The translations under genes and the position numbers were made by a program. 41,879 bases of DNA from Pseudomonadota bacterium (GTDB lineage: Bacteria > Pseudomonadota > Gammaproteobacteria > Pseudomonadales > UBA5518). Each line of letters begins with the position of its first letter. The stretch's first letter is position 1. The notes beneath the pieces are model-generated. The model searched no databases. It was given only the letters and a program-made list of their open reading frames with translations, and was not told the DNA's origin. This document shows positions 18,917 to 27,481 of this stretch, in pieces. The DNA is taken from assembly GCA_963204845.1 (NCBI GenBank), contig CAUJIL010000162.1, forward strand, positions 1 through 41,879. Reading direction: 5' to 3'.

Positions 18917-19791
18917 CGCAGCAGGTAATCCGCGGCGATCCCGGCGAACACCGCGAGTCCGAAGAAATTGTTGTTCAGGAACGCGCGGAAGCAGTGTTCG
19001 CGGCCGCGGTCACGCGTCAGGAACTGCTGCCACGCGAACAGCGTGGCACCGAGCAGCAGGGCCGCCGCGTACGGCACACCCATGCCGAACTGCGTTCCGG
19101 CCAGCCACAGCAACAGCAGCACCAGCGCCTGCAGCACCGCGATCACGAGGCGGTCGGCTGTGCCGAACAGGATTGCGGTCGATCTGATCCCGATCCGCAG
19201 GTCATCGTCGCGATCGACCATCGCGTAGAAGGTGTCGTAGACCACGCTCCACAGCGCGGCCGCACCGAACAGCAGCCACGACGCCACCGGCAGCTCGCCG
19301 CGCTCGGCCGCGAACGCCATCGGAATCCCCCACGAGAACGCCACCCCGAGTCCGAACTGCGGCAGGTGCGTGACGCGTTTCAGGTAGGGGTAGCCGAGCG
19401 CGAACACCAGCCCGGCCACCGACAGCGCCACGGTCAGCGCGTTGGTCAGCAGCACCAGCGCGAACGCCGCGAGCACCAGCGTCGCGCCGAGCGCAATCGC
19501 CTCGCGCTCGCCGACCTGCCCGCTCGCCAGTGGCCGGTCGCGGGTGCGCTCCACGTGGCCGTCGAGGTGGCGGTCGGCGAAATCGTTGGCGACGCAACCG
19601 GCCGAGCGCATCAGGAACACGCCGGCGGTGAAGATGAGCAGGTTGGACAGCGATGGACGGCCCTCGGCGGCGAGCCATAGCCCCCACCACGTCGGCCACA
19701 GCAGCAGGAAGGTGCCGATCGGCCGGTCGAAGCGGATCAGGCGCAGGTACAGCGGCAGGCGCTCGCGCAGGTTCATGGCTGAGCCGGTCAT
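18913..19791 (-). CDS. ubiA: 4-hydroxybenzoate polyprenyltransferase
   Basis: Part of track ORF 18913..19953. LIRFDRPIGTFLLLWPTWWGLW plus the NDFADRHLD motif. At 292 aa it is close to E. coli UbiA (290 aa). ATG 19776 is an alternative start. Confidence 0.9.
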   Translation of the reverse strand: MTGSAMNLRERLPLYLRLIRFDRPIGTFLLLWPTWWGLWLAAEGRPSLSNLLIFTAGVFLMRSAGCVANDFADRHLDGHVERTRDRPLASGQVGEREAIALGATLVLAAFALVLLTNALTVALSVAGLVFALGYPYLKRVTHLPQFGLGVAFSWGIPMAFAAERGELPVASWLLFGAAALWSVVYDTFYAMVDRDDDLRIGIRSTAILFGTADRLVIAVLQALVLLLLWLAGTQFGMGVPYAAALLLGATLFAWQQFLTRDRGREHCFRAFLNNNFFGLAVFAGIAADYLLR

Positions 19792-19807
19792 GGGGTTGGC
19801 GCGCCGA

Positions 19808-20374
19808 TCATAGCGGCGCGAGCCGGCATGCCGGCAGGAAGAACTCGGCAACCAGCAGCGGTTCACCGCCGACGCGAAACACCGAGCGCCGCCCCCAGAC
19901 CGGTTCCGCCGGCGCCAGCGCCGCCGGCACGATGCGGTGCGTCGCTGCGACACGTGCCAGCTCGAAAGGCTCGCGCCGCAGTCCGCGGGTGGCGAACAGC
20001 AAGGCCCCGAGCGAGCGTTCGCCGAAGCGGCGCAGGTGGCGCAGGCGTCCAGTCAGCGTGGCCGCCGGCAGTACGCTGCGCGCGAACACCCACGGCTCGC
20101 CGGCGCATTCGAGGATCACCTCGCGCACCAGCGCCACCTCGTGCGTCGCGAGCGCGAGCGCGCGGCGCTCCGCCCGGCGCGGCCGCCGCCACTGCTGGCT
20201 CAGCACGCGCACGCGCAGCCGGTTGCCGCTCGCCGCCTGCAACTGCGCGGTCAGGGATCCCTCGGCCAGCAGCCAGCGCCGGGTCGTTTGCGGCAGCTCG
20301 ATTGCATCGAAGCGTCGCCAGGGTTTCCAGGCCGGCTCATCGGGGTGGTTGCCCGCGGAGGACGACGCGTACAA
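19808..20374 (-). CDS. ubiC: Chorismate pyruvate-lyase
   Basis: Track ORF 19808..20479. UbiC-like sequence includes LLAEGSLTAQL...REV.L...EPWVFARSVLP. It lies immediately upstream of ubiA. The preferred start is TTG 20374, with GGAGA 8 nt upstream. ATG 20479 would overlap the divergent rubredoxin start. Confidence 0.7.
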   Translation of the reverse strand: MYASSSAGNHPDEPAWKPWRRFDAIELPQTTRRWLLAEGSLTAQLQAASGNRLRVRVLSQQWRRPRRAERRALALATHEVALVREVILECAGEPWVFARSVLPAATLTGRLRHLRRFGERSLGALLFATRGLRREPFELARVAATHRIVPAALAPAEPVWGRRSVFRVGGEPLLVAEFFLPACRLAPL

Positions 20375-20459
20375 TGGGCTTTTCTCCGTGACGCGGAACG
20401 TGGCTGATTCTATCCGGTTGCGTGGGCGCCGCGGCAGCCGATCGTGCGGGGAGAATGGA

Positions 20460-21821
20460 ATGGCGCGCTGGGAATGCATCGTCTGCGGCTGGGTCTACGA
20501 CGAGTCGAAGGGCTGGCCCGACGACGGCATCGCACCCGGAACGCCGTGGGAGGAGGTGCCCGAAGACTTCCTGTGTCCGGACTGCGGCGTCGGCAAGCAG
20601 GACTTCGAGCCGCTCGCGGGCCGCGCGCGCGCGCGTGACATGGGACCCGCGATATCCCCCGCCCCCCTGATCGTGATCGGCACCGGGCTGGCCGGTTACA
20701 CGCTGGCGCGCGAGTTCCGCAAGCTCGACGCCACCACGCCGCTGCTGCTGATCACCGCTGACGACGGGCGCAGCTATTCGAAGCCGATGCTGTCGACCGG
20801 CTTCACGCGCGCACTGACGCCGGAACAGCTCGCCACCGCCGACGCACCCGCGATGGCCGCCAGCCTCGGCGCGACGATACGCACCCACACACGGGTGAGC
20901 GCGATCGACACCGCGCGGCGCGAGCTGCGCCTCGATGACGGGAGCAGCGAGGCGTATTCGCGGCTGGTGATCGCGTGGGGAGCCGAAACCGTGCGCCCGC
21001 CGTTGGCGGGCAACGCGGCCGACCGGGTGCATGCGGTCAACGACCTGCTCGACTATGCACGCTGGCGCGCCGCGCTCGCCGAAGGCGGTGGGAGCCGGAG
21101 GGTGCTGCTGATCGGCGCCGGGCTGATCGGTTGCGAGTTCTGCAACGACCTCGGCAACGCCGGCATCGCCACCGAGGTGGTGGACCCCCTCGGCTGGTGC
21201 CTGCCGACGCTGCTGCCGCAGGCGCCGGGGCGCGCGTTGCAGCAGGCGCTGGAGGCGCTCGGCGCGCGCTTCCATTTCGGCACCGTGGTGAGCGCGATCG
21301 ATCATGCGCCCGCGGGCGGCGGCATCATCGCCACGCTGGCTGACGGCCGGCGCGTGGCGGCGGACCTGGCGCTGTCGGCGGTCGGTGTGCGTCCGCGCAT
21401 CGCGCTGGCGCGCGCGGCCGGACTCGCGGTCGGTCGCGGCATCGTCGCCGACCGCCTGCTGCAGACCAGCGCCGCCGGCGTGTACGTGCTCGGTGACTGC
21501 GCGGAGGTCGCCGGCCACGTCCTGTATTACGTGGCACCACTGATGGCCTGCGCGCGCGCGTTGGCGCAGACGCTCGCCGGCAACCCGACGCCGGTCGCGT
21601 ACCCGGCGATGCCGGTCACGATCAAGACCCCGGCGTGTCCGGTCGTCGTTGCTCCAGCGCCGGCCGGCACCGAAGGTTCGTGGTCGGTGAGCGGGTCGGC
21701 GCCGGACTTCGTCGCCGAGTTCCGTGCCGCCGGCGGCGCACTGCGCGGTTTCGCGCTCACCGGCACGGCAGTGACTCACAAGGCCCGGCTGCAGGCCGAA
21801 CTGCCGCCGCTGCTGCCCTGA
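20460..21821 (+). CDS. Rubredoxin fused to rubredoxin-NAD(P)+ reductase (single 453-aa ORF)
   Basis: This is the last 453 aa of track ORF 19653..21821. GGGGAGA precedes ATG 20460. Residues 1-50 (WECIVCG...CPDCG) form a complete rubredoxin. From about residue 70 (LIVIGTGLAGY...LLIGAGLIGCEF...GDCAEV) the sequence is an FAD/NAD reductase closely resembling Pseudomonas RubB as I recall it. Confidence 0.85.
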   Translation: MARWECIVCGWVYDESKGWPDDGIAPGTPWEEVPEDFLCPDCGVGKQDFEPLAGRARARDMGPAISPAPLIVIGTGLAGYTLAREFRKLDATTPLLLITADDGRSYSKPMLSTGFTRALTPEQLATADAPAMAASLGATIRTHTRVSAIDTARRELRLDDGSSEAYSRLVIAWGAETVRPPLAGNAADRVHAVNDLLDYARWRAALAEGGGSRRVLLIGAGLIGCEFCNDLGNAGIATEVVDPLGWCLPTLLPQAPGRALQQALEALGARFHFGTVVSAIDHAPAGGGIIATLADGRRVAADLALSAVGVRPRIALARAAGLAVGRGIVADRLLQTSAAGVYVLGDCAEVAGHVLYYVAPLMACARALAQTLAGNPTPVAYPAMPVTIKTPACPVVVAPAPAGTEGSWSVSGSAPDFVAEFRAAGGALRGFALTGTAVTHKARLQAELPPLLP

Positions 21822-21826
21822 ACGTG

Positions 21827-22624
21827 ATGCTGCCCTTGCGCTGGGCCGTGCTGCTGTTGGTGCTGACGCCGGGATCGATGCCGGCGCACGCGGAATGTGC
21901 GCCGGCCGCGCTGGAGCGCTTCCTGTACCTGGGCGGGATCGAGGAACTGGTGGCCGGCGCGCCGCGCAACGCCCGGACGTGGGCGCTGCTCGTGGCGCGG
22001 CGCGATGGGCTCGACGCCGCGCGCACGGCCGCGTTGCAGGAGGCGGTGGTGCGCTGGCCGGACGCCGCCGCGCTGCGCGCTTCGCTGCTGCAGGCGCTGA
22101 ACGCCGAGTGCGAACCTGCACGCCTGGACGCCGCGCTCGCCACGCTGGAGCGTGGCGGGTTGGACGGGCTGCGGGTTGCGCTCGGGAAGGCGGGCGCCGG
22201 CCTGCGCGCGGCGCCCGATGCGGCAGCGTTCGCGGCCGCGGCGAGTGAGTTGGCCGCCGACGAGGCGCGCGTCGCGGCGGTGGACGGCCTGCTGGCCGCG
22301 GGGCGCACGGTCGAACTGCTGCTGCTGGTCAACGCGGTCAACGCCGCCGACGTCGAGGCGTCGAGCGCACGCGCCGGAGGGGCCACGCCAACGCCGACGA
22401 ACACCGCTGATGCAGCCATCCTGCAACAGCGTGCACGCGAGGCGCAGCAGCGTGCGCTGGCGTCGTTTGCACGCAATGTCTGGCGGTATGCGTTGCGTCA
22501 CGCGGGAGCGGACCAGATCGAAAGCGCGCGTGTCGCGCTGGCCGATCCGCTGGTTCAGGAATTTCTCGCCGCCACGCTGGCGCGGCTCGACCTCATGCCG
22601 CGAGATCGTGTGCGATCGCCTTGA
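21827..22624 (+). CDS. Hypothetical Ala-rich secreted protein
   Basis: Part of track ORF 21635..22624. ATG 21827 is 5 nt after the preceding stop. Signal peptide MLPLRWAVLLLVLTPGSMPAHA. GC3 is high. I recognised no family. Confidence 0.55.
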   Translation: MLPLRWAVLLLVLTPGSMPAHAECAPAALERFLYLGGIEELVAGAPRNARTWALLVARRDGLDAARTAALQEAVVRWPDAAALRASLLQALNAECEPARLDAALATLERGGLDGLRVALGKAGAGLRAAPDAAAFAAAASELAADEARVAAVDGLLAAGRTVELLLLVNAVNAADVEASSARAGGATPTPTNTADAAILQQRAREAQQRALASFARNVWRYALRHAGADQIESARVALADPLVQEFLAATLARLDLMPRDRVRSP

Positions 22625-23957
22625 GTTGCTCGCTGGCGCCGCGGATGCGCTCACCGACCTCGAGCGCCGCGTCGCGATCGATGCCGAGCGCGCCGAAGGC
22701 CTGGTCCGGAATCGACTCGAGCGGCGCGCTACCGATGCCCTGCTGGCGCAGCAAGCGGGTCGCCAGCTGCAGCAGGCGCGCGGCAACCTCGTGTTCGCCG
22801 GCCTGCTCGGGTGCCTGCTGGAAGCGCAGCGCCGAGCTCACCTCCTCGGGCAGGTGCCAGAAGCGCATCAGCCACCCGGCCATCTGTTCGCGGGTCACGC
22901 CGAGCAGGAACCGCTCGACGTGCCAGTGCCCCACGTGCGCGTTGGCGTCGGTGTAGCGGCATACCAGCTGCATCTGCGGCTTGAACAGTTCGCCGAGGAT
23001 CAGCGCGCCGAAGTTGTGCAGCAAACCGCTCAGGTAGGTGTGTCCGAGTTGCGGACGCAGGCTCGAGGGCATCGCCTTCGCCAGACCCTCGACCATCGCC
23101 GCGCAGTGCACCGCCTGCACCCAGTACGTGCGGTAGCCGTGACGGCCTTCCCTGGACATGCGCATCGTCTTGCCGAGCGCCAGGCCGAGCGCGAGGTTCA
23201 TCACCAGGTCGAAGCCGAGCACGCGCACGATCGCGTCCTGGATCGAGCGGACCTTGCCGGGGGCGGCGTAGTACGGCGAGGAGGCCCAGCTCACCACCTG
23301 CGCGGCCAGCGCCGGATCGATCTCGACCACGCGGGCGAGGTCGCTGACGCTGGCGTACGGGTCGGCGCTGATGCGGATGATGCGGTGCGCGATCTCCGGC
23401 AGCGGCGGGAAGTCCAGCGTGTCTTCCAGGCGCCGCTCGATGCGCCGCGAGGTGAAGCGCGCCACTGCGTTGCCTATATCGTCCTCGTCCGCGGACCCCT
23501 CGACGCACGCGGGCCCCAGATCGTCGAGCGGCACGCAGAAATCGGCGCTGCTGCACATGCCGTCGTCGAGCAGGGTGGCGAAGTCGGCCTCGGGCACGCG
23601 CACGCGCGCTCCGCCGGCGTCGAGTTCCAGCTCGCCGCGGGAACGCAGCGAGCGATCCGCGATGACCGGCACGTCGAGTGCGCGCGGCAGCGCGGGGAGC
23701 GACGTCAGCCCGTGCGCCGCCAGGTACGCGGCGACCGCGTCCTCGGGGGCGGCGAGCAGTTCGCGGCCGGCGAAGCGGTTCAGCGCGTCGAGGTCGAGCA
23801 GGGTGTCGGCCGGGATCAGCACCAGCACCCGTCCGGCGGCGTCCTGCAGCAGGGCTGCGCGCACTTCGGTGGCGGTGCCGGGCGCCGCCAGTTCGGCCGG
23901 CGTCCATTGGATCGCTGCGGTGTCGAGCAGCCTGCTCACGGCTTGCGGCAATTCCAT
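22593..23957 (-). CDS. sadB: YbaK-like N-terminal domain + HDOD domain protein (SadB-like)
   Basis: HDOD core: LPEIAHRIIRISADPYASVSDLARVVEIDPALAAQVVSWASSPYY...SIQDAIVRVLGFD. The N-terminal ~150 aa resemble the YbaK/aminoacyl-tRNA-deacylase fold. The position next to recG matches P. aeruginosa sadB (PA5346) as I recall it. The start is ATG 23957 or 24011. Confidence 0.75.
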   Translation of the reverse strand: MELPQAVSRLLDTAAIQWTPAELAAPGTATEVRAALLQDAAGRVLVLIPADTLLDLDALNRFAGRELLAAPEDAVAAYLAAHGLTSLPALPRALDVPVIADRSLRSRGELELDAGGARVRVPEADFATLLDDGMCSSADFCVPLDDLGPACVEGSADEDDIGNAVARFTSRRIERRLEDTLDFPPLPEIAHRIIRISADPYASVSDLARVVEIDPALAAQVVSWASSPYYAAPGKVRSIQDAIVRVLGFDLVMNLALGLALGKTMRMSREGRHGYRTYWVQAVHCAAMVEGLAKAMPSSLRPQLGHTYLSGLLHNFGALILGELFKPQMQLVCRYTDANAHVGHWHVERFLLGVTREQMAGWLMRFWHLPEEVSSALRFQQAPEQAGEHEVAARLLQLATRLLRQQGIGSAPLESIPDQAFGALGIDRDAALEVGERIRGASEQLKAIAHDLAA

Positions 23958-24046
23958 CGTCGTCGTTCCTGTGGCGATGGAGGAAGTGTAGTTGAAGGCG
24001 TGCGGTGCCACACGAAGCGCACGCCGTGGACGTGACGCGGTCGCGC

Positions 24047-26140
24047 TCAGGCCTCGGCGTAGCGCGTACGTCCGGGCAACCAGCGTTCGAGCAGCGGTTC
24101 CACGCTCTCCGGGTGGCGTTCGAGCAGCGTCGCGGCCGCGGTGCGCACCGCGGGCCGCAGCCCCCCAACGCGCCGCAGGTCGGCGAAGCGCAGTCCCATC
24201 AACCCCGTCTGGCGCGTTCCCAGCAGCTCTCCCGGTCCGCGCAGCGCCAGGTCGCGTTCGGCGAGCACGAAACCGTCGGCGGTATCGCGCATCGCATCCA
24301 GCCGGGCGCGCCCGTTGAGCGACAGCGGCGGCTGGTACAGCAGCACGCAGTGGCTGGCAACGCTGCCGCGGCCGACGCGCCCGCGCAACTGGTGCAGCTG
24401 CGCCAGCCCGAGCCGCTCGGCGTTCTCGATGATCATCAGCGAGGCGCGCGGCACGTCCACGCCGACCTCGATCACGGTGGTGGCGACCAGCAGCCCGATC
24501 TCACCGCGCTTGAACGCGTCCATGGTCGCCAGCCGCTCGCGCGTCGCGACGCGCCCGTGCACCAGCCCCACCCTGAGCTCCGGCAACTGCGCGGCGAGCT
24601 CGGCCGCGGTGGCTTCGGCCGCCTGTGCCTGCAGCGTCTCGGATTCCTCGATCAGCGTGCACACCCAGTACGCCTGGCGCCCCTCGGCGCAGGCCGCGCG
24701 CACGCGCTCGACCACCTCGGCGCGGCGCGTGTTCGCGAGCACGGCCGTGGTCACCGGCGTGCGACCCGGCGGCAGCTCGTCGATCAGCGAGTAATCGAGA
24801 TCGGCGTAGGCCGTCATCGCCAGCGTGCGCGGGATCGGGGTTGCCGTCATCACCAGCTGGTGCGGGGCGCTGCCGTCAGCGGCACCCTTCTCGCGCAACG
24901 CCAGGCGCTGGTGCACGCCGAAGCGATGCTGCTCGTCGATGATCACGAGGCCGAGCCGCGCGAAGCTCACGCGTTCCTGGAACAGCGCGTGGGTGCCGAC
25001 CGCGAGCTCGATCGTGCCGTCGGCGATGCCGGCGAGCGCGGCGCGGCGCTCCTTCGCCGGCAAGCGCCCGCCGAGCAGCACGCAGCGCAGCCCGAGGGGC
25101 TCGAACCAGGCCGCGAAGCTGCGCAAGTGCTGCTCGGCGAGCAACTCGGTCGGCGCCATGATCGCGACCTGCCAGCCGCAGCCGATCACGGTGAGCGCCG
25201 CGAGCGCCGCCACCAGCGTTTTCCCGCAGCCCACGTCACCCTGGACCAGGCGCAGCATTGGCCGTCCGCTCCCGAGGTCGGAGCGGATCTCGGCGCTGAC
25301 GCGCAGTTGTGCGGCGGTCGGCGTGAACCCCAGGCGCTCGAGCAGCCTCTGACGCAGCCGCCCGTCGTCGGCGAGCACCGGTGCGTGCTGCGTGCGTGCG
25401 CGCCGGCGGATCAGCAGCAAGCCGAGGTGGTGCGCGAGCAGTTCCTCGGTGGCGAGCCGCTGCTGGTACGGGTGGGTGCCGTCCATCAGCTCCGCGACCG
25501 GTGCGTCGGGCGGCGGGCGGTGCAGGTAGCGCAGCGCGGTGGCGAGCGGCACCGATGCCCCTGCCAGACCCGCCGGCAGCAGCTCGACCAGCGAGCTGTT
25601 GTCCAGCATCTGCAATGCCTGCGACGTGAGTGAACGCCAGCTTCCCTGCTGCAGTCCCTCGGCGCTCGGGTAAACCGGCGTCAGCGCCGCCTCGCCGGCT
25701 TCCCCGGCACCGCTCACCGCGCGATACTCCGGGTGGTACATCTCGATGCCGTTGCGCCCGCGGCGCGCCTCGCCGAAGCAGCGCAGCCGCCCGGCCTCGC
25801 GCAGCCCGCGCTGCTGGGAGGCATTGAAGTGGTAGAAGCGCAGCGTCAGCACCCCGCTCATGTCGGCCAGCAGGCAGACCAGGCTGCGCCGCCGCCCGGC
25901 CTCGATCCGCACATCGAGCACCTGCCCCTCCACCACGGCCTCGACACCGGGCAGCAGCGTGGCGATCGGCAGCACGCGGGTGCGATCCTGGTAGCGCAGT
26001 GGCAGGTGGAACAGTACGTCGGCGACACTGCGGATGCCGAGTGCGGCAAGGCGCGCAGCCAGTTGCGGCCCGACACCGCGCAGCGCGCCGACCGGTACGC
26101 GTTCGAGGGCGGGACTGAGGGGCGCGTGATCCTGGGGCAA
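24047..26140 (-). CDS. recG: ATP-dependent DNA helicase RecG
   Basis: 697 aa. It has the wedge/OB N-terminus, then GDVGCGKT (Walker A), DEQHRFG and the TATPIPRT motif typical of RecG. Confidence 0.95.
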   Translation of the reverse strand: MPQDHAPLSPALERVPVGALRGVGPQLAARLAALGIRSVADVLFHLPLRYQDRTRVLPIATLLPGVEAVVEGQVLDVRIEAGRRRSLVCLLADMSGVLTLRFYHFNASQQRGLREAGRLRCFGEARRGRNGIEMYHPEYRAVSGAGEAGEAALTPVYPSAEGLQQGSWRSLTSQALQMLDNSSLVELLPAGLAGASVPLATALRYLHRPPPDAPVAELMDGTHPYQQRLATEELLAHHLGLLLIRRRARTQHAPVLADDGRLRQRLLERLGFTPTAAQLRVSAEIRSDLGSGRPMLRLVQGDVGCGKTLVAALAALTVIGCGWQVAIMAPTELLAEQHLRSFAAWFEPLGLRCVLLGGRLPAKERRAALAGIADGTIELAVGTHALFQERVSFARLGLVIIDEQHRFGVHQRLALREKGAADGSAPHQLVMTATPIPRTLAMTAYADLDYSLIDELPPGRTPVTTAVLANTRRAEVVERVRAACAEGRQAYWVCTLIEESETLQAQAAEATAAELAAQLPELRVGLVHGRVATRERLATMDAFKRGEIGLLVATTVIEVGVDVPRASLMIIENAERLGLAQLHQLRGRVGRGSVASHCVLLYQPPLSLNGRARLDAMRDTADGFVLAERDLALRGPGELLGTRQTGLMGLRFADLRRVGGLRPAVRTAAATLLERHPESVEPLLERWLPGRTRYAEA

Positions 26141-26210
26141 ACGAAGCGGCCGATCCGGTGACTCAACGGCGTTGTGCGATCATAGCCGAAGGTGGAGCCG
26201 GAGAGCGTGC

Positions 26211-27083
26211 ATGAACCCTGCGAACATTCTGATTGCCGGCTGCGGTGACGTCGGCGGCCTGCTCGCGGCGCGCCTGCTCGCCGCCGGGCATCAGGTCACC
26301 GGACTGCGTCGACGCGTCGCGGCGCTGCCCGCCGGGGTCGAAGCGCTCGCCGCCGACCTCGCACAGCCTGCCACCCTCGGTGCCCTTGGCGGGCGGAATT
26401 TCGACGTCGTCGTCGTGACCACCGCGGCTGGGCGCTTCGACGAGCTGCACTACCGCGCGATCTACGTCGACGGTCTGCGTCACCTGCTCGATGCGCTGCG
26501 CGGCGCCCCGCGCGTGCTGCTCGCCTCGAGCACCGGGGTCTACCACCAGCACGACGGACAGTGGGTCGACGAGGACTCGCCGGCCGAACCGCAGGGCTTC
26601 GCGGGCCGTATCCTGCTCGAGGCCGAGCGGCTGCTGGCCGAACGCACCGGCGAGCGCGCCGCGGTGGTGCGTTTCGGCGGGATCTATGGTCCGGGACGCG
26701 AGCGGCTGCTGCAGGAAGTCATGGCCGGGGTCGGCTGCCCGCGGGAGCCGGTGCGCTACACGAACCGCATCCACCGTGACGACGGTGCCGGGATCCTCGG
26801 CTTCCTGGTCGAACGACTGCTCGCGGGCGCGCCGTGCGCCCGCCTGTATCTCGGGGTCGACAGCTTGCCGGCGCCGATGTGGGAAGTGCGGCACTGGATC
26901 GCCGCGCAGCTCGGCGTCGCGCTGGACGACGCGCTTCCGGCCGCGCCCGCGGTGCGCGCGCCGGGCAGCAAGCGCGTCTCGAACCGCCGCTTGCTCGCGG
27001 CCGGCTACGCGTTCCGCTACCCGGACTACCGCGCCGGCTACGCGCCGCTGATCGCGGCGCTCAGGACTTCAGCACCATCGTAG
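26211..27083 (+). CDS. NAD(P)-binding SDR-family / NAD-dependent epimerase-like protein
   Basis: Internal ATG 26211 follows GGAGAG. MNPANILIAGCGDVGGLLAARL is a Rossmann GxGxxG motif. The 3' end overlaps the convergent ridA by 23 nt. Confidence 0.8.
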   Translation: MNPANILIAGCGDVGGLLAARLLAAGHQVTGLRRRVAALPAGVEALAADLAQPATLGALGGRNFDVVVVTTAAGRFDELHYRAIYVDGLRHLLDALRGAPRVLLASSTGVYHQHDGQWVDEDSPAEPQGFAGRILLEAERLLAERTGERAAVVRFGGIYGPGRERLLQEVMAGVGCPREPVRYTNRIHRDDGAGILGFLVERLLAGAPCARLYLGVDSLPAPMWEVRHWIAAQLGVALDDALPAAPAVRAPGSKRVSNRRLLAAGYAFRYPDYRAGYAPLIAALRTSAPS

Positions 27084-27450
27084 CCTCCACTTCCACCGCC
27101 GCGCCGCGCGGCAGCGCCGCGACCTGCACGCAGGCGCGTGCCGGGTACGGCTCGGTGAAGTGGCGCGCCATCACCGCGTTCACGGCACCGAAATCGGCGA
27201 GGTCGGTCAGGTAGATGTTGACCTTCACGAACTGGTTCAGGTCGCCCCCGGACGCGCGCGCGACCGCGGCCAGGTTGCGGAACACCTGCTCGGTCTGCGC
27301 GGCCACGTCGCCTTCGACCAGCTCCATGGTCGCCGGATCGAGCGGGATCTGTCCCGACAGCCAGACCGTGTTGTTGGCCTTCACGGCCTGGGAGTACGGT
27401 CCTATCGCCTGCGGCGCCTCGCTGGTGTGAATGACTGCGCGGTTGCTCAT
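27061..27450 (-). CDS. ridA: RidA (YjgF/TdcF) family reactive-intermediate deaminase
   Basis: 129 aa. Family pattern: APQAIGPYSQAV...NTVWLSGQIPLDP...VKVNIYLTD...R.CVQVAALP. Confidence 0.95.
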   Translation of the reverse strand: MSNRAVIHTSEAPQAIGPYSQAVKANNTVWLSGQIPLDPATMELVEGDVAAQTEQVFRNLAAVARASGGDLNQFVKVNIYLTDLADFGAVNAVMARHFTEPYPARACVQVAALPRGAAVEVEATMVLKS

Positions 27451-27481
27451 CGGGTTTCCTCGGGGTGGGGTGGAACAGGCC

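Noticed and set aside
23997-24025. GC-rich hairpins as possible intrinsic terminators: GGCGTGCG-N13-CGCACGCC downstream of recG, GCGTGCGG-ATT-CCGCACGC at 33947-33965 after pyrE, and GCGCGC-ATC-GCGCGC near 8048-8062.
   Set aside because: None is followed by a T/U tract on the relevant strand. Short GC palindromes are frequent by chance at this GC content. Only the rpmG hairpin with its T-run (41303-41327) was called.
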